Shown here piece by piece: positions 28,840 through 39,507 of a stretch of DNA of 64,000 bases (positions are counted from its first letter, which is position 1; every line of letters starts with the position of its first letter). The DNA is taken from positions 33,651-97,650 of the forward strand of contig MNGN01000031.1 in the NCBI GenBank assembly GCA_001918745.1, given 5' to 3'. The position numbers and the translations under genes are program-made. This DNA comes from Crenarchaeota archaeon 13_1_40CM_3_52_17. Lineage in GTDB: Archaea > Thermoproteota > Bathyarchaeia > 40CM-2-53-6. Under the pieces are notes generated by a model. The model did not search any database, had not been told where the DNA came from, and saw only the letters and a program-made list of their open reading frames with translations.

Positions 28840-30043
28840 GCTTCTTCTTAGGTGGTTGCCCTTGATAACGATCTTTGAGATCGCTCACCTTCTTCTCTAA
28901 CGCAGCTCGCATCTTATCGCCCTCGTTTGATCCACCGAAAGCATCCATTCGAGCGGCAATAGCAAGTTTCCCCGCAACTGCGCGGGCAATCCGACCTCTT
29001 AGCCAGCGAGGGGATTGATGGATGGCAGCGTACTGGAAGATGATTCCATGTTTCGGAGGGCGAGCCCCAGTTTTCAGAGTTCGGAAGAGAGCCTTTTCAG
29101 CCCCCAGCACCTGGATCGTACTGGCGGGCATCTTGGCTACGTTCTCTAATCCTCCCGCCATTGAAAGGATCTTAGCCGAGAGAACTGCACCTAGAACCCC
29201 CGTCATGTTCGGAGCAACTTCCAGCATTATCTTGTCGGTGTACTTTTCAGCGGTCTCTCTCAGCTTGTACATCTGGAGAACCGTCGTGCAGACTTCTTGC
29301 AGCCACAACAGATCCGGTTGAGGGAGGTCTGCCCCCGAGGATTTCTGGGCTGCTTCCGAGATTAGTCTAGATCGCTCTTGAGGTATTCCCAGTTCGACCA
29401 GAGACTCCTGAGAGAACGAGTCGCGGGTACCGAGGCCTTGGACGAGCCTGATGTAGCTGTCGTGTTTTTCGACGAGCCTGTCCAATTCGGGAAAATGCAG
29501 TCCGTACCATTCTCGTATTCGCCCTGCAAGAAGGTTCAGTACCTTGTCCAGGTCCTCGATGCATCTGACTGTCTGTATTGCGTACAAGTCACGCTTTGTA
29601 CCGGTCTCCGCAATTGATGCCTGCGCGAGTTCCATCGATACTTCGTGAACGAGTTTCTCATAGTCATCCTTTGACTCTACGATTCTGAATCGGACGAGCA
29701 TGTTGGGCAACCGGTTCCGCAACTTTGAGATCGTTTCATCCCTTTCGTCCAAGACGACTTCCGAAGTCAAAATGTTTCGAAAGATCCGTGCAAGATATTC
29801 GTTGTCTACCGTGAGCTTTTCCAGGCCGATCTGAGACAAGCGGTTGGCGAATTCAGAGAATTCGGCGGGCAATTGTCCCCTGCGAACCTCGTTGAGTTTC
29901 ACTGCCGCGTCTTTGGGGTTACGGGGAAAGAGTGCCTTTTCAGCAATTTTGCCGGTCTTTTCCAGCAGGAAAAGCCCTGCAGGTGAATCGACCAGGTAGG
30001 CTTTCAAAATCGCTCTCGGGTCTCGGTCCAGTCGCTTCGGCAT
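28697..30043 (-). CDS. C/D box RNP protein Nop5 (Nop56/58); start may be TTG at 30007
   Basis: REWYGLHFPEL, PASTIQVLGAEKALFR, PPKHGIIFQ, RGRIARA.AGKLAIAAR.D. Confidence 0.95.
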   Translation of the reverse strand: MPKRLDRDPRAILKAYLVDSPAGLFLLEKTGKIAEKALFPRNPKDAAVKLNEVRRGQLPAEFSEFANRLSQIGLEKLTVDNEYLARIFRNILTSEVVLDERDETISKLRNRLPNMLVRFRIVESKDDYEKLVHEVSMELAQASIAETGTKRDLYAIQTVRCIEDLDKVLNLLAGRIREWYGLHFPELDRLVEKHDSYIRLVQGLGTRDSFSQESLVELGIPQERSRLISEAAQKSSGADLPQPDLLWLQEVCTTVLQMYKLRETAEKYTDKIMLEVAPNMTGVLGAVLSAKILSMAGGLENVAKMPASTIQVLGAEKALFRTLKTGARPPKHGIIFQYAAIHQSPRWLRGRIARAVAGKLAIAARMDAFGGSNEGDKMRAALEKKVSDLKDRYQGQPPKKKHGTEWRPAPQKVRRGLSDREGRGRETRYPQPSTGRDRLRRGNRQSWR

Positions 30044-30099
30044 AACTCATCGTGTGCGAAGATAATTAACGTGGCACAAGTATACTGTCTCGGCAGCAT

Positions 30100-31023
30100 T
30101 TGGAACCTGACCTTTCGGTGGAGTTTGCTGGTATAAAGCTCCACAACCCGACGATTCTTGCATCGGGAATTCTGGGAGTTTCCAGCGAGGTCATGGTCCG
30201 GGCCTCAAGGGCGGGAGCTGGAGCAGTGGTCACAAAGTCGTTCAACAGGAAGGGAAGGGAAGGTTATCGGAATCCGTCTTTCATCGAAGTTCCTGGTGGC
30301 TATCTTAACGCTCTTGGAATTCCGAATCCTGGAATGGATGAGATGCGTGAAGAGGTTGCGGCGGTTGCGAAGGCTGGAGTTCCAGTCATCGCTAGCGTCT
30401 TCGGCTTCGATGCGGAAGAGTTCGCAGAAGCCGCCTCCAGGGGAGAGGAAGGGGGCGCCATCGCGATTGAACTGAACGTGTCCTGCCCTCATGTCAGGGA
30501 GGTCGGAGTCGAGATAGGCCAGAAAGCGGAAATGGTCTTTGAGGTGACACGAGCGGTCAAGACTAAGGTCAAGTTGCCAGTCATTGTCAAGCTCACGCCT
30601 AACGTAGCGAATATCCAAGAAATTGCCAAGGCAGCTGAAAGCGCGGGAGCCGATGCCCTCACGGCCATCAACACGGCGTTAGGAATGGCAATAGACGTCG
30701 ACGCTGCTGCTCCAATTCTCGGAGGAATCTACGGTGGTCTCTCCGGACCCGCCCTCCACTCCCTGGCTGTAAGGACAGTCTATCAGGCAAAAGCAGCTGT
30801 CAGAATACCTATCATCGGGGTCGGGGGGGTAACCGATTGGAGAGGAGCTGTGGAGATGATGATGGCGGGAGCTTCAGCAGTCCAAATTGGAACCGCGGTG
30901 ATGTACAGAGGCGTTGAAGTGTTCAGAGAGATCACTGCAGGAATGGCAAAGTTCCTTCAAGAGAACCGGTATGGGTCGGTCCGCGAAATTGTTGGACTAG
31001 CGAACAAATCAAATCATGGCTAG
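30100..31023 (+). CDS. pyrD: Dihydroorotate dehydrogenase, family 1
   Basis: NP.ILASG, ELNVSCPH, VKLTPN, AINT, GGLSGP, IIGVGG. Confidence 0.95.
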   Translation: MEPDLSVEFAGIKLHNPTILASGILGVSSEVMVRASRAGAGAVVTKSFNRKGREGYRNPSFIEVPGGYLNALGIPNPGMDEMREEVAAVAKAGVPVIASVFGFDAEEFAEAASRGEEGGAIAIELNVSCPHVREVGVEIGQKAEMVFEVTRAVKTKVKLPVIVKLTPNVANIQEIAKAAESAGADALTAINTALGMAIDVDAAAPILGGIYGGLSGPALHSLAVRTVYQAKAAVRIPIIGVGGVTDWRGAVEMMMAGASAVQIGTAVMYRGVEVFREITAGMAKFLQENRYGSVREIVGLANKSNHG

Positions 31024-31032
31024 AGCTTCGCG

Positions 31033-31248
31033 CTACTTGGGGACGAACAGCAGAAACGCGATGTAGAACACAAAGACCAGCCCGGTTATGACGATGATAT
31101 TTCTCATTTTAGTTCTCTGAATCTTCTTTCCAGATACCCTGCATTTGTCGCTGCAATATTCCTGCTTCAGTTCCGTCGGGGTACCGCAGACTGGACAGTG
31201 GCGATGCTTAGGAACGGTCGTAGGCTCTTCGCGTCGATACTTAGACAA
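31033..31248 (-). CDS. DUF2116 Zn-ribbon membrane protein
   Basis: PKHRHCPVCG.P......YCSDKC plus C-terminal TM. Confidence 0.85.
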   Translation of the reverse strand: MSKYRREEPTTVPKHRHCPVCGTPTELKQEYCSDKCRVSGKKIQRTKMRNIIVITGLVFVFYIAFLLFVPK

Positions 31249-31325
31249 TTAACTCCATCCTATCTAGCCTGCGAACCACGCAAACTGACCGGGAATGGGA
31301 CTCTTATATCATTCTCAGCCATCTT

Positions 31326-33080
31326 GTGGTTGGACTAAAGTTGGGAAAGATCCAGTGGCTTGATTGGAGTAAAGAGAGCTTTGAAAGAGCTCGGGCCGAA
31401 GGCAAGCCCATTCTTCTCGATATCAAGGGGTCTTGGTGCCACTGGTGCCACGTCATGGACGAAACGTCTTACTCGGATCCTGCAATAGTTGACGCCCTCA
31501 ACAAGAAGTTCATCCCGATAAGAGTCGACACGGACAAGAGACCTGATGTCAACAGGAGATACAACATGGGAGGATGGCCCACCACCGCTTTTCTCGACAG
31601 CGATGGAAAGATCATCACAGGCGGCACCTACATTCCGCCTGAACAGCTACGCGAAGTCATTCGATCTGTACTCGACATGTATGCAAAGAGCAGGGGAAAG
31701 GTTCGAAGCAAGCTTGAACCGCCCAGGATTCCAAGGGCCTCGCTAGACCCTCTTACGGAGAGTATCGCCAAGGATATCGCGACGTCTGTCGCGGTCAATT
31801 TTGACATCGACTACGGGGGCTTCGGCTTCGAACCCAAGTTTCCCCAAACTGACTCTCTCGAATACGCTCTTGTGAGATACCGCTACCACGGGGAGAAGGA
31901 AATGCTCACGATCGTCAGCAAGACGCTTGAGAAGATGGGAAAAGGGGGACTCTACGATCATGTTGAGGACGGGTTCTTCAGATACTCAACGACGAGAGAT
32001 TGGACGATACCCCATTTCGAGAAGATGGCGGAGGACAACGCCCGGCTTCTTGCGACCTACCTTAAGGCGTATCAGGTTACTGGAAACCCATTTTTCAAAG
32101 AAAAGGCTGAAGGTATTCTACGATATGTTCAATCGAAATTTGCAGACCTCAAAGAGGGAGGATTTTACGGTAGCCAAGATGCTGACGAGGAATACTACAA
32201 GCTAGCGTTGGAAGAGCGGAAAAAACGCACTGCGCCGAGTATTGACAAGACATTCTATACAAACTACAATGGTCTCTTCGCCTCGGCGTACTTTCTCTCG
32301 GGTTCGGTTCTGAACAGCTCTGAGTACACGAAGTTCGCTTTGAAAACTCTTGAACGTGTCATAGGGACCGCCGACAGTAAGGGAGCGTTGCCACACTACT
32401 TCGGCGTGGAGGTCTCAGCCTTGAAGGGATTACTGATTGACCATGCTCTAACATTGCATGCCCTTGTAGATGCCTATGAGTACACGGGAAGCTGGGAACA
32501 CATTGAGACCGCAAAGAAATTACTGGACTACTCGATTAGAACACTTGGCGATGAAAAAGATGGAGGATTCTACGATATTCCAGAACAATCAGCAGACATT
32601 GGGGAACTTCAGGCTCGGGACAAACCCATGGATGAGAACAGTTCAATGGCAATTGCCGCTCTACGCATGTCTTGGATAACCGGGAACGAGCGATACGAGA
32701 AGCTTGCAGAGAAGACCTTGAGGATCTTCGGCAGCGAGTATGAGCGATACGGAATAATGGCCGCACCATATGCTCTTGCACTTGAATCTCTAATAAACGG
32801 GCCCGTCGGAATCACCATTCTCGGATCCAGGTCTAAGGAGACTGAAAAGTTCGGGCTGCAAGCCAGGAAGCTCTATCCCGTTAGAAGATACTTGCTCCAA
32901 CTCGACCCTGCGAAAGACGCTGAGAGAATAAGGCAACTCGGCTATGACTCATCAACCGCACCGGTTGCATATGTCTGCGTGGGCAAGGTCTGTGGACCGC
33001 CCTTGAAGGAGCCATCTATGATCGAGCCGACCATCTCCTCTCTCATAAGCCTCGTACCAGTAGCGACGGTTTCTCAGTAA
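31326..33080 (+). CDS. YyaL/SPATA20-like thioredoxin-domain protein (DUF255)
   Basis: WCHWCHVMD, GGWPTT, GGFG..PKFP, PHFEKM..DNA, AYVC.G..C.PP. Confidence 0.9.
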   Translation: MVGLKLGKIQWLDWSKESFERARAEGKPILLDIKGSWCHWCHVMDETSYSDPAIVDALNKKFIPIRVDTDKRPDVNRRYNMGGWPTTAFLDSDGKIITGGTYIPPEQLREVIRSVLDMYAKSRGKVRSKLEPPRIPRASLDPLTESIAKDIATSVAVNFDIDYGGFGFEPKFPQTDSLEYALVRYRYHGEKEMLTIVSKTLEKMGKGGLYDHVEDGFFRYSTTRDWTIPHFEKMAEDNARLLATYLKAYQVTGNPFFKEKAEGILRYVQSKFADLKEGGFYGSQDADEEYYKLALEERKKRTAPSIDKTFYTNYNGLFASAYFLSGSVLNSSEYTKFALKTLERVIGTADSKGALPHYFGVEVSALKGLLIDHALTLHALVDAYEYTGSWEHIETAKKLLDYSIRTLGDEKDGGFYDIPEQSADIGELQARDKPMDENSSMAIAALRMSWITGNERYEKLAEKTLRIFGSEYERYGIMAAPYALALESLINGPVGITILGSRSKETEKFGLQARKLYPVRRYLLQLDPAKDAERIRQLGYDSSTAPVAYVCVGKVCGPPLKEPSMIEPTISSLISLVPVATVSQ

Positions 33081-33086
33081 GAGACT

Positions 33087-34603
33087 TTGGCAAATCCCGA
33101 TCTGGTAGTCTACAACGGGAGGGTCTACCCGCAACTCAGCACAGAGAGCCGAGTTGAAGCAATCTCAATCACGGACGGAAGAGTCACCAAGACCGGATCC
33201 AGCCTAGACCTACTGAAACTCAAGTCCGCCTCAGTCGATTCTCTTGACCTCCATGGATCAACCGCTCTCCCCGGCCTCGCCGACTCCCACATTCACCTTC
33301 TGGGTCCATCCCGGAAATTCAAAGGATGCTTGCGAAAGCCTCTTCAACAAAACTGAGAGACAATTGGATCCTCGGAAGAGGATGGGATCAAGAGATGCTC
33401 CGAGAACGTCGATACCCCGATCGATCCGACATCGACGTTGTTGCAAACCCCGTCTTCCTTAGAAGAATTTGCGGCCATGTCGCTGTTGCAAACTCGGCAG
33501 CATTGACCGCAGCGGGCGTCAACGAGAACACGCCAGAACCCTTTGGTGGAGAAATAGAAAGGGACTCGATTGGCAAACCCAATGGCATATTGAAAGAGCG
33601 GGCCCTAGAGATTGTTAGTAGATCAGTCCCTAGAGACGAGACAGAGGCCAGACAAGCTCTGGTCGTCGCTTCTGAGAAACTCTTGGCGCAAGGCGTCACT
33701 GCACTGCACTGCATAGTCGAAGACGAGCAAGAATTCAAGGCCCTGAGAGAATTGAAGAAGGAGGGGAAGATAGAGCAGACAATTTACGTAATCCTACCAC
33801 TGAACATGCTCGATCAAGTTAGCTCAATGGAAGACGAGCTGGGAGTGTGGGCCAATGGCTTCAGAATTGGAGGGATCAAGGTTTTCCTGGACGGCTCTCT
33901 CGGGGCGAGAACTGCGGCACTCGGGCATCCCTACGACGACGACCCCGGGTCATCCGGTATGCTGACAACATCTAGAGAGCAACTGTCGAACTTGATAGAG
34001 AAGGCAGGAGAAACCGGCCTGCAGTTATGCTTGCATGCAATAGGCGACAGGGCCGTTCAATTGGGAGTCGAGACGCTGAATGAATCTCTGGGGCCGCGCG
34101 ATTGTCGGAAGTCGAGACCCCGAATAGAACACGCGTCTCTATTGTCCCCGGATCTGATCAAAAAAATGGCGAACTTAGGTTTAGTTGCCTCCGTTCAACC
34201 GCGCTTCATCTACTCGGACAATTGGGCAGAGCAGCGCCTAGGAAGGGACCGGATTCAATACTTGTATCCGTTCAAATCTATGCTTCGAGCCGGGATCCAT
34301 TTGGCGGCCGGGTCGGATACTCCTAGTGATGATCCGAGCACGGCTGAGGGCTTGTGGTCCGCCGTCTCTCGCCCCGGGCTCTCGCCCTCAGAACGGTTAA
34401 CACCGAGCGAGGCCCTCACTTGCTACACACGGGGAGCAGCTTACGCCTCGTTCTCGGAAAACGATGAGGGAACTCTAGAGCTTGGCAAATGGGCGAACCT
34501 GACGATCTTGGATCGCGACCCCTTTGAATCCCCACCAGAGGCTCTTAGGAAACTTCGGGTAGTACAAACAATCGTTCGTGGAAAGGTGTTCCGTTGGAAC
34601 TAA
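33087..34603 (+). pseudogene. Amidohydrolase_3 (YtcJ-like) gene disrupted near 33305
   Basis: PGLADSHIH in one frame; SIPEIQRML...GWDQ, DGSLGARTAAL, HAIGD, RIEHA, GSD in another; a short segment appears to be missing at the junction. Confidence 0.8.
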
Positions 34604-34613
34604 TCCTAGAATT

Positions 34614-36074
34614 CTAGACTCTTTCCGGAGAATCCGACGGCAGAAGTACATCGTGTGGACGAGCCTCCTCAGCACCCGAGTGGGTTATGGCTGCCAAGTG
34701 CGCTTTTTCCCAGAGTTCTGGAATCGTCTTGGCTCCGGCGTATCCCATTGATGCTTGCAATCCTGCCGACATTTCTTGGATAACAACGCTCACTTCTCCC
34801 TTGTAGGGAACCCAGCCCTCAACTCCCTCCGGAAGCCCCTTCGAGGGTTGAGCATAGCGATCCATGGAGAATCGCTTGGCCATTGCCGAAGGACTTCCCA
34901 TTCCTCGGTATTGTTTGTAGTATCGACCGCCAATCGTTATGAGCGTGCCAGGCGCTTCTTTGCAACGCGCGAACAGGTTGCCCATCATTACGGCGGATGC
35001 TCCAAGTGACATTGCGACTGCAGCGTCCCCGGGACCCCTTATCCCGCCATCCGCGATTATCGGAATCTTCGACCCGTATGTCCGAACTGCATCAGCAACC
35101 TGAGCGGTCGCATAGACCGTCGGCGAGCCCGCTTTGGTTGCCTCCATTGTGGTACAAATGGACCCTGAGCCTATTCCAACCCTGAATCCAGCGATACCTT
35201 CCAGTTTTGTTATCGCATCCTCAGCAGCCTTGTAAGTTCCGATGCTTCCCACGACCACGTCCGCGTCGACCTCTTCCAAGATCTTTTTCGTCGCGCTGAA
35301 CACGTTAGCATTGTGGAAGTGGGACACGTCGATTACGAGAATGTCAGCGATTTCGCTGAGCTTCTTGGCTCTTTTGAGATCGAAGGGTGATACTGCGGCA
35401 CCACAGAGCAGTTGCCCGTTTTCGTCTCGGGCCGCGTTGGGGAACCTTCCACGAAGGAGAATGTCCTTGATGGTCATCAAGCCCTTGAGGCGTCCTTCCT
35501 TATCGATCAGGGGAAGTTTCTCGACACGATGCTTGTGAAGAATTTCCTTTGCGCCTTCGATGTTCGTATCGTCGGGCGCGGTTATGACCTTCTTTGTCAT
35601 AACATCCTTGGTGAGCAGGCTGGAGTCTGCAAACCGAACATCTCTTCCGGTAACGATACCGACTAGCTTCTCTGCCTCGACCACAGGTAGACCGGAGATG
35701 TTGTGCTTCTGCATCAACTCGGTAGCGTATTCGACTGTCTCGGTCGGCCTGATTGTGATTACGTCCTTTATCACGAGAGATTCTGCGCGTTTCACTTTTC
35801 TTGCCATCTCCACCTCTTCTTCTGCGGTGCAGTTGCGGTGGAGCACTCCGAGAGCTCCGAGCCTGGCGACGGCTATGGCCATTTCGCTCTCCGTTACTGT
35901 GTCCATTGGACTCGCGACAAAGGGCATGTTAAGAGAGTGGTTCAGGGTGACCTGGGTCGATAGTTCGACTTGGTTGGGTTCAACTTCAGTCCATCCGGGA
36001 AGCAGGATGAGATCCCTGAAAGTAACTGCCACGTCAGTATCCTTGAACTTGGATCTGAACCCTGGCTCCGACAC
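34614..36074 (-). CDS. guaB: IMP dehydrogenase with CBS pair
   Basis: SPMDTVTE, GIGSGSICTT, IIADGGI, YRGMGS, PEGVEG. Confidence 0.97.
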   Translation of the reverse strand: MSEPGFRSKFKDTDVAVTFRDLILLPGWTEVEPNQVELSTQVTLNHSLNMPFVASPMDTVTESEMAIAVARLGALGVLHRNCTAEEEVEMARKVKRAESLVIKDVITIRPTETVEYATELMQKHNISGLPVVEAEKLVGIVTGRDVRFADSSLLTKDVMTKKVITAPDDTNIEGAKEILHKHRVEKLPLIDKEGRLKGLMTIKDILLRGRFPNAARDENGQLLCGAAVSPFDLKRAKKLSEIADILVIDVSHFHNANVFSATKKILEEVDADVVVGSIGTYKAAEDAITKLEGIAGFRVGIGSGSICTTMEATKAGSPTVYATAQVADAVRTYGSKIPIIADGGIRGPGDAAVAMSLGASAVMMGNLFARCKEAPGTLITIGGRYYKQYRGMGSPSAMAKRFSMDRYAQPSKGLPEGVEGWVPYKGEVSVVIQEMSAGLQASMGYAGAKTIPELWEKAHLAAITHSGAEEARPHDVLLPSDSPERV

Positions 36075-36228
36075 CTAGTTTCCAAATCTCCCTGAGTTTG
36101 CAAGAAAACAGCTGATTTCCCTTATTATACATACCGACAGAGTTGGAGAATTTCTTTTCCGAGAAAGGTTCAAAGATAGCTACGAGTATCTCTTTGAGGT
36201 TTTGCCTGGCCAACTGAACGCTTTTTTT

Positions 36229-38235
36229 CTAGACGGGTTTTTGGCATCTATCGCAATACCATTTCATCTGCACAGGGTCCCAACGAACGGGCTGCTGACA
36301 AGTCGGACAGCGATTGTACCCAACGGCTGTCGTGACCTTTCGCTTTCTGAAGAAAAGGAACCCTAAGAGGAGGCCGGCCGCCACACCCACGGCGAGACCG
36401 ATCAAACCAAAGACGAGCCCGGATGAAAAGAGTGACCCGCTTTGCTCGGCCTGGAGAGCACTCAAAGCCGCAGCCAACGAGTGTTGGACAGCGCCGGCAT
36501 AATCCATTGTGGAATAGTGTTGGTTTGCGAGCGCCATTTCTCGGTTTGCGATTGCGATTGTTCCGCTGTTAATCAAGCTGTTTCCCGTGGCGGCGAGGGC
36601 GTCTTGGGCAATAATCAGGAGCTCGTCGTTGATTCCTCTGAGGACTGTGTCTTTGTCAAACTGGCTGTACGTATTGGAATCCGGGTAGTAAGCCATTACA
36701 CTGTTTGTGAAATCCTCTGTTTGATCGTAGATGAATGGGTGATTCAAGCCGATCATGTGGCCTAGCTCATGAATTGTTGCGCGAGTGAAGCCGAAACCCT
36801 TGCCAGGTTGTTTGGGAAAGACGTTGTATCCATAGGTTAGCGTGGAGTTTGATTGGTTCACTAGAATCATGTCGCCCAGGGCGACACCGCCTATGGATCC
36901 GGGCGGTTCCGATAGTTCGATATTTTCCTTGAAGGTAAAGGCGAAAGTGTAGTTTCCTTGGAATGCGAAGAGAAAGCCGGGAATGTCGTACTGTGAGGTT
37001 GTGTGGGTTGCGTTGATGAACTGGGTCATATGGCCCTTGCCATAAACTGACAACCAGTTCCAGACAAGCCTAGCATCGACAATCGGAATTGATAGAGCCG
37101 GATCTTTGACCTTCGTTGTTGCGTTCGCAACGACAGCTGCAAGTTGCGGGTACGCTGTAATGTCTGAGAACTTTGCAGAGACTGTGACCGTGGCAAATGG
37201 AAGGAGGCTCGCAAGTTGGTTCTGAACCATCGTGGTGTTGAGTGTCGTGGAGATCTTGGGCCCCTTTGCCTTTTCTGCATCTGTCCGGTTGTCAAACACG
37301 AATAGTTGGAAATTGTACCTCTGGGCATATGTGACCGGGTACAGCTGGTCCGCCGCGAACAAGTTGTAGACTGCGCCGGAGATGTAATCGTTAACGAACT
37401 CGGCGGCCCAAATCCTGCCATATGGGGTTGAAAGATTCACGCCCCTGGCACCTGCCGCGACCTGCATCGGAAGCTCATTCGTCCAATAGCTCGTGCCTGC
37501 CGAGAGATCGGTATAGTAGATTCTCCCTGTTCCGCCCCAGCTGGTCATGTAGTGGCGAGGTAAACTCAGACCGAGATCCGGATCGGTGACTGTTCGATTG
37601 TAATAATGGGCCTGAACAGCCATTGTGCTGTTGCAAGAACACTTGGTAATGGCGACTTGGTACTGCTGGAATGACAGCGAGGGTATGATTGTTCTGTTGA
37701 GGTCTGAAATGAAAAGAGTGTATCCGGGGTTCGGAATCGCTCCAAAGAGTGTCTGGTTTGAAATAAGCCAGTTCTCTACTTTGTTCGCGTCGTAGAAGTA
37801 GTTCTGAACCAGGCTCACCTTTGTGCTAGTCTTGTTAAGGGCCGGATTACCGAAAAAGGGAGGAGGCGTGCCCGGAACTGTATCTTGCTCTTTTCCGGTG
37901 GAATTTACGTACCTTGCAAAACTCTGGACAAGAGCCGAGCTTGCCTCCTCATACACGTATTGGTATGTGAAATTGTACATGACCCCGGTGTTGATAGGTC
38001 CTTGCAGGACCTGCTGGTATTTGACCGGAATCGAGTTTATGCCACTTGTCAGGTAGGAGGAGTTCAGGTCGGTGTTGGAAAAGCCGAGAAGAACAACCTT
38101 GATGGTCAGGGGAACGACTCGGGAAGCGGCTACAGCTCCCGGCGAGTTGGACTGAGAGTACTGGCCGTTTGCTTGCGAGATTGAGAGTAGAATGAATAGG
38201 GAGATTGCGAGAAAGCGGATCGTTCCCATTCTCAT
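36229..38235 (-). CDS. Secreted metzincin-like protease with C-terminal TM and cytoplasmic Zn ribbon
   Basis: Signal peptide, HELGHMIGLNH, SVMAY Met-turn, TM, CPTC...WYCDRC. Confidence 0.75.
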   Translation of the reverse strand: MRMGTIRFLAISLFILLSISQANGQYSQSNSPGAVAASRVVPLTIKVVLLGFSNTDLNSSYLTSGINSIPVKYQQVLQGPINTGVMYNFTYQYVYEEASSALVQSFARYVNSTGKEQDTVPGTPPPFFGNPALNKTSTKVSLVQNYFYDANKVENWLISNQTLFGAIPNPGYTLFISDLNRTIIPSLSFQQYQVAITKCSCNSTMAVQAHYYNRTVTDPDLGLSLPRHYMTSWGGTGRIYYTDLSAGTSYWTNELPMQVAAGARGVNLSTPYGRIWAAEFVNDYISGAVYNLFAADQLYPVTYAQRYNFQLFVFDNRTDAEKAKGPKISTTLNTTMVQNQLASLLPFATVTVSAKFSDITAYPQLAAVVANATTKVKDPALSIPIVDARLVWNWLSVYGKGHMTQFINATHTTSQYDIPGFLFAFQGNYTFAFTFKENIELSEPPGSIGGVALGDMILVNQSNSTLTYGYNVFPKQPGKGFGFTRATIHELGHMIGLNHPFIYDQTEDFTNSVMAYYPDSNTYSQFDKDTVLRGINDELLIIAQDALAATGNSLINSGTIAIANREMALANQHYSTMDYAGAVQHSLAAALSALQAEQSGSLFSSGLVFGLIGLAVGVAAGLLLGFLFFRKRKVTTAVGYNRCPTCQQPVRWDPVQMKWYCDRCQKPV

Positions 38236-38277
38236 AGGCCTTTAGACGCCTGAAATTGGTTCCTTATCAGGCGTTTC

Positions 38278-39507
38278 CTAGGCTGGCGTGACACTCGGTA
38301 AAGTCAGGTCTCCCCTTGTTAGGATCAGGATTTTTGCTTCTTTTCCCTCCGCTCGAATGGATTGTTGGACGGCGCTCGAGGCTGTTCGTGAGGGCTTTAG
38401 CTTGAACGAGTCTCTGGCGTAAAGATCTGGGAGTACAGATACGAGTTGTATTCTGTGCTTCTCCAGAGCGTCTTGCAAGAAAAGAGAGACATGACTTCCG
38501 AGCTTGAACTTGTGCCGGAGCTCCGAGACTAGCTCTTTCTTTTCTGAGAATCGTCTGGAGAATTCTAGGAATCCCCGGTCTCCGATGCCCTTTGAGCACT
38601 CCGCAACTAGGATGATCGTTCCTCCCTTCTTTACGGCTCCGAAAGCGTTGGATAGGACTCGGACTCCATGATAGAGGTCCATTCCCAACAACTTTCCAGC
38701 GGCAACAACGACGACATCGGACTTTCGGTCTATTCTTGGAGCATGGACCTGCAGATACCGGGGGACCGCCTCCTGAAACACCGCCTTAAGCTCTCCCGAG
38801 AAAACCGAGTTGATTCCCCCCCAGCCATCAGGCACGAAGGTGAGGCTGTAGAACACGCCTGCCATCTTGTAGGCCTCAAACGAGTCTGAGAGCACGAGGT
38901 TCTCCCCAGTTTCACCTGGGTGTGGAACACCCTTGACCATGAGTGATCTGTTCTTCGCAATTGTGTCAAGAGACGATGCTCCTGGAAGCAGGATATCGGG
39001 TCCGCCCGTGAAACCGCTCGCAAAGTGAGGGGTAACCATACTCAGGCTAATTTTTACATCGCAAGCGAGAAGTTCGCTTTCGAGAAGGACACTAGTCCCT
39101 TGACTGGTTTTGCCGATTTCAGCAAAAGCTCCACCTTTGGGGTCAATGTTCTTGACGCCATGGTCCACTGAGGACGATCGAGACTCCACGTTTGAAGTTC
39201 GACCTCGAGAGAATAGCTTGACCTCTGTAACCCCATGGGTCCCTAGCTGTGTCTTGATCATCTCAATTGCCCGCTGCTGAACATGTAAAGGAACGATAGG
39301 GTCTATCAAAACGCCAACGATTGACCCAGGTTTTAGGATGCTTGAAAGCGAAAAGTCATTGATGGGGCGAGAAAGGGACTCCTCGATCTGATTGGAGAGG
39401 TTTGCGGTCGCGGTTGGTTTTTTGGGTTCTAGAATCTTGTAGAAATTGTCGTCTGGGACTCTGATCGGAATCTCAGTTTCGCCGTATGGAATCCAGAGTT
39501 CCGAATT
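38278..39507 (-). CDS. LarA/DUF2088 (lactate racemase-like) protein, degenerate active site, start codon unclear
   Basis: Frame stays open upstream of track start 39309 through ELWIPYGETEIPIRVP; PHF.SGFTGG...LLPG, VKKGGTIILVAECSKG.G. Confidence 0.78.
   Translation of the reverse strand, partial: NSELWIPYGETEIPIRVPDDNFYKILEPKKPTATANLSNQIEESLSRPINDFSLSSILKPGSIVGVLIDPIVPLHVQQRAIEMIKTQLGTHGVTEVKLFSRGRTSNVESRSSSVDHGVKNIDPKGGAFAEIGKTSQGTSVLLESELLACDVKISLSMVTPHFASGFTGGPDILLPGASSLDTIAKNRSLMVKGVPHPGETGENLVLSDSFEAYKMAGVFYSLTFVPDGWGGINSVFSGELKAVFQEAVPRYLQVHAPRIDRKSDVVVVAAGKLLGMDLYHGVRVLSNAFGAVKKGGTIILVAECSKGIGDRGFLEFSRRFSEKKELVSELRHKFKLGSHVSLFLQDALEKHRIQLVSVLPDLYARDSFKLKPSRTASSAVQQSIRAEGKEAKILILTRGDLTLPSVTPA

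Noticed and set aside
36141..36215. tRNA gene
   Set aside because: Lacks the T-loop GTTCRA, the D-loop GG and a 7-nt anticodon loop
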